Shown: positions 48,195 to 57,700 of the stretch, piece by piece
Position numbering within the stretch: the first letter of the stretch is position 1
Layout: every line of letters starts with the position of its first letter
From: Sphingobacteriales bacterium
GTDB lineage: Bacteria > Bacteroidota > Bacteroidia > Chitinophagales > JADIYW01
DNA: 64,000 bases
Reading direction: 5' to 3'
NCBI GenBank assembly: GCA_947460245.1
Contig: CANHGL010000007.1
Coordinates: 7,739-71,738, forward strand
The notes under the pieces: model-generated
The model's input: only the letters and a program-made list of their open reading frames with translations
What the model was told of the DNA's origin: nothing
Database searches by the model: none
Program-made: the position numbers and the translations under genes

Positions 48195-50321
48195 ATGTTT
48201 AGATACGAGAAAGACACAGATAATATTATAACCATCACAATGGATATGGAGGGCAGGAGTGCTAATGTAATTAACCAGGACTTTGGCAAATTATGGTCAG
48301 AAACACTGGATCGCTTAGAGATAGAAAAAAAAGATATAGTAGGTGTCGTATTAACCTCTGCAAAGTCTACTTTTTTTGCAGGTGCAGACATAGATGATTT
48401 ATATACTCAGACAGATGCTGCTTTAATCTTTGAAATGTGTGAGGGGCTAAAGAAACAACTGCGCAGGCTAGAGACTTTGGGTAGGCCTGTAGTTGCTGCA
48501 CTGAATGGTGCTGCATTGGGTGGTGGCTTGGAGATTGCATTGGCTTGTCATTACAGAATTGCATTGGATAATCCTAAGGCTCAATTTGGATTGCCTGAAG
48601 TTGGATTGGGTCTGCTTCCCGGAGGTGGAGGTATTGTTCGCCTAACAAGAATGATTGGTCTGCAGCCTGCATTACCATTGTTGACAGAAGGTAAGAGGTT
48701 GAAAGTAAAAGAAGCATTGTCCAACGGACTAATCAATGAAATTGCAGAAACGTCAGAAGAAATGTTAGCGAAAGCTAAGTCATGGATAAAAGCAAATCCA
48801 AAAGCAATAAATCCATGGGATGATAAGGCATTTAAATTTCCGGGAGGCGATGCACGCAATCCTAAAGTGGCTAGTATGATTCCTATTGTTCCGGCAATGA
48901 CCAAGAAGAAAACCTATGGTAATTATCCTGCTGTAGAGGCAATTATCAATACAGCAGTTGAGGGTTCTGTGGTAGATTTTGAAACTGCTTGTAGAATTGA
49001 ATCGCGCTATTTTACCTCTTTGGCCGCCGGACAGGTTTCTAAAAATATGATTACCGCATTTTGGTATAACCTTAATGCAATAAATGCGGGTGGATCTAGA
49101 CCAAAAGGTTTTGAAAAATATATAACAAAGAAGGTTGGTGTATTGGGTGCCGGTATGATGGGCGCAGGTATTGCTTATGTTTCTGCAATTGCAGGGATAG
49201 AGGTTGTATTAAAAGATATTACGAAAGCAGCAGCAGAAAAAGGCAAGTCGTATTCTGAAAATCTCCTAAAAAAAAGAGTCTCTAAAGGTAAGATGACAAA
49301 AGAGAAATCAGAAGAAATCCTTTCTAAAATAGTAACTACAGATGCTGCTGAAGATATGACAGGTTGTGATTTAATTATTGAAGCAGTATTTGAGGACAGA
49401 GCGCTGAAAGCTAATGTTACCAGGGAAGTGGAAGCAATAATGGATGTGAATGGAACTTTTGCTTCTAATACTTCTACCTTGCCTATTACAGGGTTAGCTG
49501 AAGCATCAGTAAGGCCAAAACAATTTATTGGGCTTCACTTTTTTTCCCCTGTAGATAAGATGCCATTAGTAGAGATTATTTGTGGAACAGAAACGGACGA
49601 TGCAACCTTGGCAAAAGCATTCGATTATGTGCTGCAAATTAAGAAAACACCCATAGTAGTGAATGATAGTCGCGGGTTTTATACTTCCAGGGTATTTGCA
49701 ACCTATGTTTTAGAAGGGATTGCAATGCTTGGTGAAGGACAGCATCCACGTGCCATAGAAAGTGCAGGACTAAAAGCAGGTATGCCGGTAGGGCCACTGG
49801 CATTAACAGATGAGGTGAGCTTGTCATTAATGGCACACATTCGCAAACAAACTGAAGAAGATCTACATGCAGAAGGCAAGAATATTCCTTCACATCCGGC
49901 TTATGAAGTAAGTGAAAAACTGCTAGCGTTGGGAAGAAATGGCAAGGCGGCAGGCGCAGGATTTTATGAATATCCAAAAGACGAAACAAAATTTCTTTGG
50001 CCGGATTTAATAAAGTTATTTCCTATTATAGAACAATATCCTCAACAGGAGATGATAGACAGAATGTTATTTGTGCAGGCATTAGATACTGTGCGTTGCT
50101 TGGAAGAGGGTGTCTTGCATAATGTTGCTGATGCAAATATTGGTTCTATTTTTGGATGGGGATTTTCTCCATTCAATGGCGGTACGCTACAATTTATTAA
50201 TGGATATGGATTAGAGCAATTTATAGAGCGTGCACATCAACTAGAAGCTAAATATGGTGATAGATTTTCTGTTCCGAAATTATTGCAAGATAAAGCAGAA
50301 AAAGGAGAGATCTTTAAATGA
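48195..50321 (+). CDS. fadB: Multifunctional enoyl-CoA hydratase / 3-hydroxyacyl-CoA dehydrogenase
   Basis: The N-terminal crotonase domain shows FFAGADI and ALNGAALGGGLEIALAC. The 3HCDH Rossmann motif is VGVLGAGMMGAGIA. The track start at 48108 is a TTG inside the thiolase gene, and the ATG at 48195 (MFRYEKD) is used here. Confidence 0.93.
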   Translation: MFRYEKDTDNIITITMDMEGRSANVINQDFGKLWSETLDRLEIEKKDIVGVVLTSAKSTFFAGADIDDLYTQTDAALIFEMCEGLKKQLRRLETLGRPVVAALNGAALGGGLEIALACHYRIALDNPKAQFGLPEVGLGLLPGGGGIVRLTRMIGLQPALPLLTEGKRLKVKEALSNGLINEIAETSEEMLAKAKSWIKANPKAINPWDDKAFKFPGGDARNPKVASMIPIVPAMTKKKTYGNYPAVEAIINTAVEGSVVDFETACRIESRYFTSLAAGQVSKNMITAFWYNLNAINAGGSRPKGFEKYITKKVGVLGAGMMGAGIAYVSAIAGIEVVLKDITKAAAEKGKSYSENLLKKRVSKGKMTKEKSEEILSKIVTTDAAEDMTGCDLIIEAVFEDRALKANVTREVEAIMDVNGTFASNTSTLPITGLAEASVRPKQFIGLHFFSPVDKMPLVEIICGTETDDATLAKAFDYVLQIKKTPIVVNDSRGFYTSRVFATYVLEGIAMLGEGQHPRAIESAGLKAGMPVGPLALTDEVSLSLMAHIRKQTEEDLHAEGKNIPSHPAYEVSEKLLALGRNGKAAGAGFYEYPKDETKFLWPDLIKLFPIIEQYPQQEMIDRMLFVQALDTVRCLEEGVLHNVADANIGSIFGWGFSPFNGGTLQFINGYGLEQFIERAHQLEAKYGDRFSVPKLLQDKAEKGEIFK

Positions 50322-50329
50322 TGACTTAT

Positions 50330-51202
50330 TTAGCGAATTCCGTTTATTGAATCCACTACAGCTAAAGCATCTCCAATTTCAAAAAAATCAACACCCAGGT
50401 AATTTGGGAAATGACTGTTAGTGCTGCTGCATTCCTGCATACGGCTGCTCACTGTAGCCCTTGAATTTGCTTGTGTCGCCAAAGATTTATCCGGTAATCC
50501 AAGGCCGGTAGAGAGCCAGTGATTAATGAGGTATAATTCTTTATTCCCACTTCCACCCCTGTTGATTGTGCAATTAAATTCTGCTGTTGTCTGAAATGTA
50601 TATTCTGTGTCAAATATATTCGACCATGCATGCATCAGATAACTTGCCCTGGGTTGCCTATCTCTTTCAACAAATAATACTAATCGTTGATTATTGTCTA
50701 CCATTGTTTGCAAACTCGGCCATGTACCGCCAGTATAAGTGTAGGTTAAAGTATTAAGTCCACTGCTATCAATTGCTTTTTCTAATTGAGTATTACTTCC
50801 TCCATTTTCAAAAATAATACTGATTACAGCGGCAGGATGTGTAAATAAAAAATCTCTTATCTCGCCTAAAACATCTACTAATTTCTGAGATCCTGCGGAA
50901 GCAAAAACATGATAAGTTAATGCGATTCCATCACTCCCGTCGTAGGTGTCAAGCATCAATCCCCGAACTCCGCTTTTTAATTGATTGGTTACAGAATAAG
51001 TCTGATTCGGTATCGAGAATCCTTTTTGAGTATTATTCATCGCATTGTGCGTCATCAAAAAGCAGACTTCGTTATATGCTTTAGGCAAAACAGGGGTGTC
51101 TCTATCTATCTCTATTGTATTTTGTTGTTCCGTAGTTGTCTTCTTGCAGGAACTACTCAAGGATAATATCAGTATGGCACAGATAAAAATATTTTTGCTC
51201 AT
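50330..51202 (-). CDS. Lipoprotein with PI-PLC X-domain-like (PLC-like phosphodiesterase) fold
   Basis: The lipobox is LSLSSSCKK. The segment YNEVCFLMTHNAMNN...NQTYSVTNQLKSGVRGLMLDTY resembles the catalytic-His region of bacterial/fungal PLCXD-type proteins. The assignment is from memory. Confidence 0.55.
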   Translation of the reverse strand: MSKNIFICAILILSLSSSCKKTTTEQQNTIEIDRDTPVLPKAYNEVCFLMTHNAMNNTQKGFSIPNQTYSVTNQLKSGVRGLMLDTYDGSDGIALTYHVFASAGSQKLVDVLGEIRDFLFTHPAAVISIIFENGGSNTQLEKAIDSSGLNTLTYTYTGGTWPSLQTMVDNNQRLVLFVERDRQPRASYLMHAWSNIFDTEYTFQTTAEFNCTINRGGSGNKELYLINHWLSTGLGLPDKSLATQANSRATVSSRMQECSSTNSHFPNYLGVDFFEIGDALAVVDSINGIR

Positions 51203-51295
51203 AGAGTTGGTGTATATAGTGTTAAATTAAAGAATTACATTGATATTCTTAAATATTAATCGCTTTTTGATTTATATTAGTAAGGAAAATTTTAG

Positions 51296-52117
51296 ATGGC
51301 TGCCAAGAAACCAAATGTTGTAAAAAAGATATTAGAAGATCCTTCTATAGAGGAGTATATTAATATCTTTCCTAACAAGGTGGGTTCTAAAGGTTATGAT
51401 GCATGGGGTTTTAATATCAAGAATATGAAAAGCAACATGCGACTTGCCAAATGGCTGTTCAATGATTTTTATAAAGTTGAGGTTTTTGGATTAGAGCATA
51501 TTCCAAAAGAAGGTAGATGTCTTGTAATCCCTAATCACAGTGGGCAACTTCCGTTTGATGGCGTATTGTTGGCCTATGCTTTATTGACGAATCCAAATGG
51601 CCCTCGTGCACCCAAGGCAATGGCAGAACGTTTTCTTCCTTCTGTCCCATTTATAGGAAACTGGTTAAACTCCATGGGTGCAGTAATAGGAGATCCGGTT
51701 AACTGTGAACGTATGTTGGAAAATGAAGAAGCTATTATCGCATTTCCGGAGGGAGTTCGTGGTTCCAATAAGCTCTATAAAAACCGTTATCAACTGCAGA
51801 GATTTGGATCCGGGTTTATGCATCTTGCTATGAAACACAATGCGCCTATTATACCTGTAGGTATTGTTGGTATGGAAGAAACCATCCGTTCCTACGCAGA
51901 TATAAAACCCCTGGCAAAGTTTCTAGGTTTGCCAGTTGCACCTTTGATTATCCCTTTCGTTTTTCCATCGAAAGTGTATATTTATATTGGTAAGCCAATT
52001 TATTTTGCAAATGATGTACATAAAGAACATGATATTAAAGAAAGGGTAGAACAGGTAAAAGTTGAAATTGATAAATTGCTAAAGAAAGGCTTGGTAAAGA
52101 GAGAAGAAGCGGGATAA
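51296..52117 (+). CDS. Lysophospholipid (PlsC-like) acyltransferase family protein
   Basis: It has VIPNHSGQLPFDG (His/Asp box with non-standard spacing) and the FPEGVRGS motif. Length is 273 aa. It lies 2 nt upstream of the SDR gene. Confidence 0.75.
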   Translation: MAAKKPNVVKKILEDPSIEEYINIFPNKVGSKGYDAWGFNIKNMKSNMRLAKWLFNDFYKVEVFGLEHIPKEGRCLVIPNHSGQLPFDGVLLAYALLTNPNGPRAPKAMAERFLPSVPFIGNWLNSMGAVIGDPVNCERMLENEEAIIAFPEGVRGSNKLYKNRYQLQRFGSGFMHLAMKHNAPIIPVGIVGMEETIRSYADIKPLAKFLGLPVAPLIIPFVFPSKVYIYIGKPIYFANDVHKEHDIKERVEQVKVEIDKLLKKGLVKREEAG

Positions 52118-52119
52118 TT

Positions 52120-53052
52120 ATGGAAAGTAAAAGAACGATATTAGTAACGGGCGCAGCAGGTGCATTAGCAAAGCGTGTAATCGACAGACTGAAGAAAGAC
52201 TATAAGATTATTGCCATAGACTTCCGTACTAAGGTGGATTTGGGTATTCCAGTAGAGAGTTATAAAGTAGATTTTAATAAAAGAATTTTTGAAGATATTT
52301 TCAGAGAACACCAGTTTGAGGGGATTATACATTTAGGGAGAATCTCTGCTCAGGAGTTAAATCGCTTTACCAGATATAATGCAAATGTTATAGGAACCCG
52401 AAAGTTATTTGATCTTGCAAAGAAATACAAAGTCCCTAAAACGTTAGTCCTGTCTACCTATTTTGTGTATGGTGCAAGCCCGTACAATCCTTCTTTGTTG
52501 GATGAAACCACCCCATTGAAGGCATCAGAGCTGACAATGGATTTGGTGGATTCTGTGGAGTTAGAAAATTTATCTACTATTTATTTATATAAGCATCCTG
52601 AATTGAATATTACGGTGTTGCGTCCTTGCAATATTGCAGGTCCCGGCGTACGAAATACATTCTCTCAATTGTTATCATCAAAGCGTTCTCCTGTGTTATG
52701 GGGTTTCTCTCCCCTCATGCAATTTATACATATTGACGATATGTGTGAAGCTATATGTGTGGCGTTTGAAAAAAATATACGTGGTGTTTACAATGTAGCT
52801 CCTGATGATTATATCGGTTTTCAGGATGCCATAAAAGCGGCAGGTGCAAAGCCGATCCAGATACCTTCTATCCCTCCTATGCTCACAGAGGCTATTGCTA
52901 AGCTATTAAACTGGAAATCCTTTCCTCCTTACTTAATCAACTATTTTAAATATCCGGTAATCATTGATGGCAGTTTATTTGCCAAGACATTTAATTTCAG
53001 ACCTAAGAAAACACTGGAGGATATTTTCAATTACTACAGAAGCCTCAAGTAG
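52120..53052 (+). CDS. NAD-dependent epimerase/dehydratase-fold (extended SDR) protein, apparently atypical
   Basis: The Rossmann motif is LVTGAAGALAKR, and the extended-SDR block is NVIGTRKLFDLAK...LVLSTYFVYG. I could not find YxxxK at the expected position. Confidence 0.7.
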   Translation: MESKRTILVTGAAGALAKRVIDRLKKDYKIIAIDFRTKVDLGIPVESYKVDFNKRIFEDIFREHQFEGIIHLGRISAQELNRFTRYNANVIGTRKLFDLAKKYKVPKTLVLSTYFVYGASPYNPSLLDETTPLKASELTMDLVDSVELENLSTIYLYKHPELNITVLRPCNIAGPGVRNTFSQLLSSKRSPVLWGFSPLMQFIHIDDMCEAICVAFEKNIRGVYNVAPDDYIGFQDAIKAAGAKPIQIPSIPPMLTEAIAKLLNWKSFPPYLINYFKYPVIIDGSLFAKTFNFRPKKTLEDIFNYYRSLK

Positions 53053-53137
53053 TAGAATTCTTATTGTTATTTCTTCTTCAAAGTCTTTACTTTTTGTACT
53101 TTTGTAGCCTTATTAACAATTAAATAAGCTATAAAAA

Positions 53138-54337
53138 ATGGGAAAAGTTTTAATTATTGGTGCTGGAGGAGTAGGTAATGTTGTAGTGCGAAAATGCGCG
53201 AGTGTTCCGGAGGTATTTAGTGAGATTATGCTCGCCAGCCGTACTAAGTCAAAATGTGATGCTATTGCCAATGACATTAAAGGAGTTAATATTAAAACTG
53301 CGGCTCTAGACGCTGATGACGCACAACAAGTGGCAGAATTAATTCGTTCATTTAAGCCGGAGTTGGTTATTAATGTTGCACTGCCTTATCAAGACTTGCC
53401 TATTATGGATGCTTGCCTGGAGACCGGTGTTCATTATTTAGATACTGCAAACTATGAACCAAAGGATGAAGCTAAATTTGAATACAGTTGGCAATGGGCT
53501 TATCAGGAACGATTTAAAGCTAAAGGGATTATGGCCTTATTGGGTTGTGGTTTCGATCCCGGTCAGTCTCAAATTTATACAGCCTATGCTGCCAAGCATC
53601 ACTTTGATGAAATGCATTATCTCGATATCGTAGATTGTAATGCAGGAGATCACGGGCAGGCATTTGCCACTAACTTTAACCCTGAAATCAACATTAGAGA
53701 AATTACTCAGGATGGAAAGTATTGGGAAAATGGATCCTGGAAAGTTATTCCTGCGATGTCTATTCACAAGCCTATAGAATATCCAAACATAGGGCCTAAA
53801 GAATCTTATTTGTTATATCATGAAGAGTTGGAGTCATTAGTTAAAAATTTTCCAACATTAAAGCGCGCTCGTTTCTGGATGACATTTGGTCAGCAGTATA
53901 TCACGCATTTAACGGTTATGCAAAATATTGGGATCACGTCTATAAAGCCAATTAAATTCAAGGGAGTAGATATTGTGCCTCTGGAGTTCCTGAAGGCATT
54001 ATTGCCGGAGCCGGGTAGTTTGGGTGAAAATTATACTGGAGAAACCTCCATTGGTTGTCAGATAAAAGGTATCAAGGATGGTAAGGATCAAACCTATTTT
54101 ATATGGAATAATTGCAGGCATCAGGATGCTTATCAGGACGCCAAAGCACAAGGGGTAAGTTACACAACAGGTGTCCCGGCAATGTTAGGTGCAAAACTAA
54201 TGATGGAAGGAGTTTGGATGAAGCCAGGAGTTTATAATACTGAGGAAATGGATCCAGATCCATTTATGGCACAGATTGGTAAATATGGTTTACCATGGCA
54301 GGAAAAAATAGGATTGGCTTTGCCACACGAATATTAG
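53138..54337 (+). CDS. Saccharopine-dehydrogenase-family carboxynorspermidine (carboxyspermidine) dehydrogenase/synthase
   Basis: The N-terminus reads MGKVLIIGAGGVGNVVVRKCA. Length is ~400 aa. It has a GCGFDPG motif and lies close to a carboxynorspermidine decarboxylase gene. Confidence 0.8.
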   Translation: MGKVLIIGAGGVGNVVVRKCASVPEVFSEIMLASRTKSKCDAIANDIKGVNIKTAALDADDAQQVAELIRSFKPELVINVALPYQDLPIMDACLETGVHYLDTANYEPKDEAKFEYSWQWAYQERFKAKGIMALLGCGFDPGQSQIYTAYAAKHHFDEMHYLDIVDCNAGDHGQAFATNFNPEINIREITQDGKYWENGSWKVIPAMSIHKPIEYPNIGPKESYLLYHEELESLVKNFPTLKRARFWMTFGQQYITHLTVMQNIGITSIKPIKFKGVDIVPLEFLKALLPEPGSLGENYTGETSIGCQIKGIKDGKDQTYFIWNNCRHQDAYQDAKAQGVSYTTGVPAMLGAKLMMEGVWMKPGVYNTEEMDPDPFMAQIGKYGLPWQEKIGLALPHEY

Positions 54338-54383
54338 TATTATCGCCATCTTGAACTTGTTTCGGGATCTAAAACAATGAAAG

Positions 54384-56018
54384 ATGTCTGCCCAAATTAT
54401 AAGATCTAATTATATTGACATATCGAACAAGGAAATTTATCCTGCTGAGATTTCTATTGATCAAGGAAAAATTATTTCCATTCAGAGAATAGGAGAAGCC
54501 ATGGAAACTTATATTCTTCCAGGTTTCATTGATGCTCACGTACATATAGAAAGTTCTATGCTGGTGCCAACCGAGTTTGCTAAGAAGGCGGTTGTTCACG
54601 GTACGCTTGCAACAGTTTCTGATCCTCATGAGATTGCTAATGTGCTTGGAAAGGAAGGGGTTTATTACATGCTTGAAAACAGCAGAAAATGTCCTTTTAA
54701 ATTTAATTTTGGTGCACCATCCTGTGTGCCTGCTACTTCCTTTGAAACGGCAGGAGCAGAAGTTACAGCTGAGGATATTGATGAATTGATGGCACTAGAG
54801 GAGATAAAATATTTGGCGGAGATGATGAATTATCCTGGAGTTTTATTCGGTGATAAACTGGTAATGGATAAATTAGCTATTGCTAAAAGGCACGGTAAGC
54901 CAGTTGATGGTCATGCCCCAGGACTAATAGGAGATAGAGCTGCTCAATATATTCTGGCAGGGATTTCTACCGATCATGAATGCGTTACTTATGAGGAAGG
55001 TCTATTCAAATTACAACATGGAATGAAAGTACTTATTCGGGAGGGTAGTGCTGCCAAAAATTTCGAATCGCTGATTGAACTGCTGCATCTATTTCCAAAC
55101 GACATTATGTTTTGTTCGGATGATAAACATCCGGATGATTTAATAGTTGGTCATATCAACTTGTTGGTAAAGCGATCATTGAAAAAAGGTATTGATCTTT
55201 TTAAAATACTACAGGCAGCATGTATTAATCCTGTAAAACATTATAATTTGAAGGTTGGCTTGTTGCAACCTGGCGATCCTGCAGATTTTATAATTATTGA
55301 TAATCTGCAAAATTTTGATGTTATAGCAGTATATATAGATGGAAATCTGGTTGCCCAAAATGGAGTATGCCTGTTTGATACTCAGCCTGAAAGGTTAGTT
55401 AATAATTTCAGCATTGGAATTAAATCGCCAAATGATTTTAAAATAAAACTATCCAGTAAAGAGATTAGAGTAATAGAGGCGATAGATGGACAACTAATTA
55501 CCAATACATTTGTCGGCAGAGTCACAGTTGATGAAGAGGGTAATGCCGTATCGAATGTGCAGAATGATATCTTGAAAATTGCGGTAGTTAATAGATATAG
55601 TGAAGCTGCTGTTGCAGTGGCTTTTATTAAGAATTTTGGATTGAAAAAAGGAGCATTGGCATCCTCGGTTGCCCATGACTCGCATAATATTATTGTAATT
55701 GGTGCTGATGATGAAAGTATGAGTATGGCGGTTAATGCTATCATTGAAGGGAAGGGGGGATTGTCTGTAACAGACGCCATCAGAACGAAAGTATTGTCAC
55801 TTCCGGTAGCAGGGTTAATGAGTACAGATAACTGTGAAACCGTAGCAGAGAGATATACAAATTTACTTGGCTTCGCAAAGGAAATAGGCTGTTCTTTGCA
55901 TTCACCATTTATGTCTTTGTCCTTTATGGCATTACTGGTAATTCCCAGTTTAAAAATTAGTGATAAAGGCTTGTTTGACGCTGAACAATTTCAATTCTGT
56001 GATTTGGAAATCCAGTAA
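54384..56018 (+). CDS. ade: Adenine deaminase
   Basis: It is amidohydrolase-type with PGFIDAHVHIESSM, DGHAPG and CSDDKHPDDL. Length is 544 aa. Confidence 0.88.
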   Translation: MSAQIIRSNYIDISNKEIYPAEISIDQGKIISIQRIGEAMETYILPGFIDAHVHIESSMLVPTEFAKKAVVHGTLATVSDPHEIANVLGKEGVYYMLENSRKCPFKFNFGAPSCVPATSFETAGAEVTAEDIDELMALEEIKYLAEMMNYPGVLFGDKLVMDKLAIAKRHGKPVDGHAPGLIGDRAAQYILAGISTDHECVTYEEGLFKLQHGMKVLIREGSAAKNFESLIELLHLFPNDIMFCSDDKHPDDLIVGHINLLVKRSLKKGIDLFKILQAACINPVKHYNLKVGLLQPGDPADFIIIDNLQNFDVIAVYIDGNLVAQNGVCLFDTQPERLVNNFSIGIKSPNDFKIKLSSKEIRVIEAIDGQLITNTFVGRVTVDEEGNAVSNVQNDILKIAVVNRYSEAAVAVAFIKNFGLKKGALASSVAHDSHNIIVIGADDESMSMAVNAIIEGKGGLSVTDAIRTKVLSLPVAGLMSTDNCETVAERYTNLLGFAKEIGCSLHSPFMSLSFMALLVIPSLKISDKGLFDAEQFQFCDLEIQ

Positions 56019-56124
56019 TATGAGTAATAGTCTTAAGGCGTAATTTCTTTTTTATACGGTTTTCTGTGTAAATTCAGCCTTCTAATAGACAGCAGCAATT
56101 ATAATTCGTAATAATAAAAAGTAG

Positions 56125-57255
56125 ATGAGTATAGATTATAGTAAGGTGCCTTCTCCATCTTTTATTTTAGAAGAAGAAAAGTTACTTAAGAATCTTGAGT
56201 TATTAAAATATGTTCAGGAGCAAGCAGGTATTCATATAATATGCGCATTGAAAGGCTTTTCTTTTCATGCAGCATTCCCTACATTAAGAAAGTATCTGCA
56301 TGGGGCAACTGCAAGTTCTTTGCACGAAGCAATGTTGGTTCATGAGAAAATGGGAGTTAAGGCGCATACCTATTGTCCTGTTTATGTTCCTACAGAATTT
56401 GAAGACATACAAGCTATTTCGTCTCACCTTACTTTTAATTCATTGTCTCAGTGGGAAGCCTATAAACAGAAGGTAGATCCTTCTATTTCCTGTGGCTTGC
56501 GCGTTAATCCGGCTTACTCAGAGATCACGACAGAGATGTATAATCCCGCTTCCCCGAATTCTCGTCTAGGTATACCGCATCATCTATTAGGGGATTCGTT
56601 ACCGACAGGAATTGAAGGAATTCATTTTCATGCACTTTGTGAAAATACATCGCATACCTTAGAACGGGTGTTACAATCTTTTAAGGATCTCTATCATCCG
56701 CTTATTAAGCAGGCTAAATGGATTAATATGGGTGGTGGGCACTTTATTACTCGTGAGGACTATGAGCCGGAGCACCTCATTCAGATATTGAAGAAATTTA
56801 AGCAGGAATATCCTAATATAGAAGAGATAATACTAGAGCTGGGAAGTTCTGTAGGATATAATACTGGTGTGTTGGTTAGTACAATATTAGATATAGTTCC
56901 GAATGGAGCGATCCCAACAGCTATGCTCGACGTGTCTTTTACTTGTCATATGCCGGATACTCTGGAGATGCCTTATAAGCCTAATATAGTTGGGCAGGTA
57001 GTAAATGGTCCTTTTCAATATAAAATGGGAGGGATGAGTTGTCTGGCAGGTGACTATGTTGGCTCATGGTATTTTGAAAAGGAATTGAAGGTTGGGGATA
57101 GAATTATATTTGAAGATATGATTCATTATACCATGGTAAAGACTACCACTTTTAATGGGATTAATCTTCCTTCTTTGGGGATTTGGACATTAGAAGATAG
57201 ATATCAACATATTCGCTCTTATGGGTATGAGGATTATAAAAACAGGTTATCTTAA
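56125..57255 (+). CDS. nspC: Carboxynorspermidine/carboxyspermidine decarboxylase
   Basis: The N-terminus is PSPSFILEEEKLLKNLELL. Alanine-racemase-fold PLP decarboxylase features are present (ALKGFSF, GGGHF, CLAGD). Length is 376 aa. Confidence 0.85.
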   Translation: MSIDYSKVPSPSFILEEEKLLKNLELLKYVQEQAGIHIICALKGFSFHAAFPTLRKYLHGATASSLHEAMLVHEKMGVKAHTYCPVYVPTEFEDIQAISSHLTFNSLSQWEAYKQKVDPSISCGLRVNPAYSEITTEMYNPASPNSRLGIPHHLLGDSLPTGIEGIHFHALCENTSHTLERVLQSFKDLYHPLIKQAKWINMGGGHFITREDYEPEHLIQILKKFKQEYPNIEEIILELGSSVGYNTGVLVSTILDIVPNGAIPTAMLDVSFTCHMPDTLEMPYKPNIVGQVVNGPFQYKMGGMSCLAGDYVGSWYFEKELKVGDRIIFEDMIHYTMVKTTTFNGINLPSLGIWTLEDRYQHIRSYGYEDYKNRLS

Positions 57256-57307
57256 CGTATTATTTTTTATAGATTTGATATATAAATCTATCATTCATAT
57301 AGTCTCT

Positions 57308-57697
57308 ATGCAATTCTTATTTGATAAATTTTTTAGACAAGCCGAACGGGTGATTACTTCCGATACGGCATTAGCTAAATTACTGGATCAGGTATTTTTA
57401 AAAATAGGATCATCTACTGATATGTTTTACAAGTTTCAGGATAATATTATTGCATTGGCCAGAATGACAAGTGCATGGTGGGTAGGTGATTATAAAAATA
57501 TTTCTAAGAAATCGATAATTGCTGTTGTGGCTGCTCTAATCTATTTCGTGAATCCTTTTGATTTGATTCCAGATTTTATTCCCATCCTGGGTCAGATTGA
57601 TGATATTATCATTCTTAGTTATCTCACTAAGGTTCTGAATAAAGAAGTAGAGCGTTTTATGGTTTGGCAAAAGGAGCAGAGCTCTCAAGCAGCTTGA
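57308..57697 (+). CDS. DUF1232 (YkvA-like) membrane protein
   Basis: It carries the motif NPFDLIPDFIPILGQIDDIIIL. The track ORF start at 57221 overlaps the nspC 3' end, so the ATG at 57308 (MQFLFDKF) is used. Confidence 0.8.
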   Translation: MQFLFDKFFRQAERVITSDTALAKLLDQVFLKIGSSTDMFYKFQDNIIALARMTSAWWVGDYKNISKKSIIAVVAALIYFVNPFDLIPDFIPILGQIDDIIILSYLTKVLNKEVERFMVWQKEQSSQAA

Positions 57698-57700
57698 ACA

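Noticed and set aside
54338-54383. Possible purine riboswitch ahead of the adenine deaminase gene
   Set aside because: The gap is only 46 nt and has no conserved purine-aptamer features, so it is too short for the aptamer.
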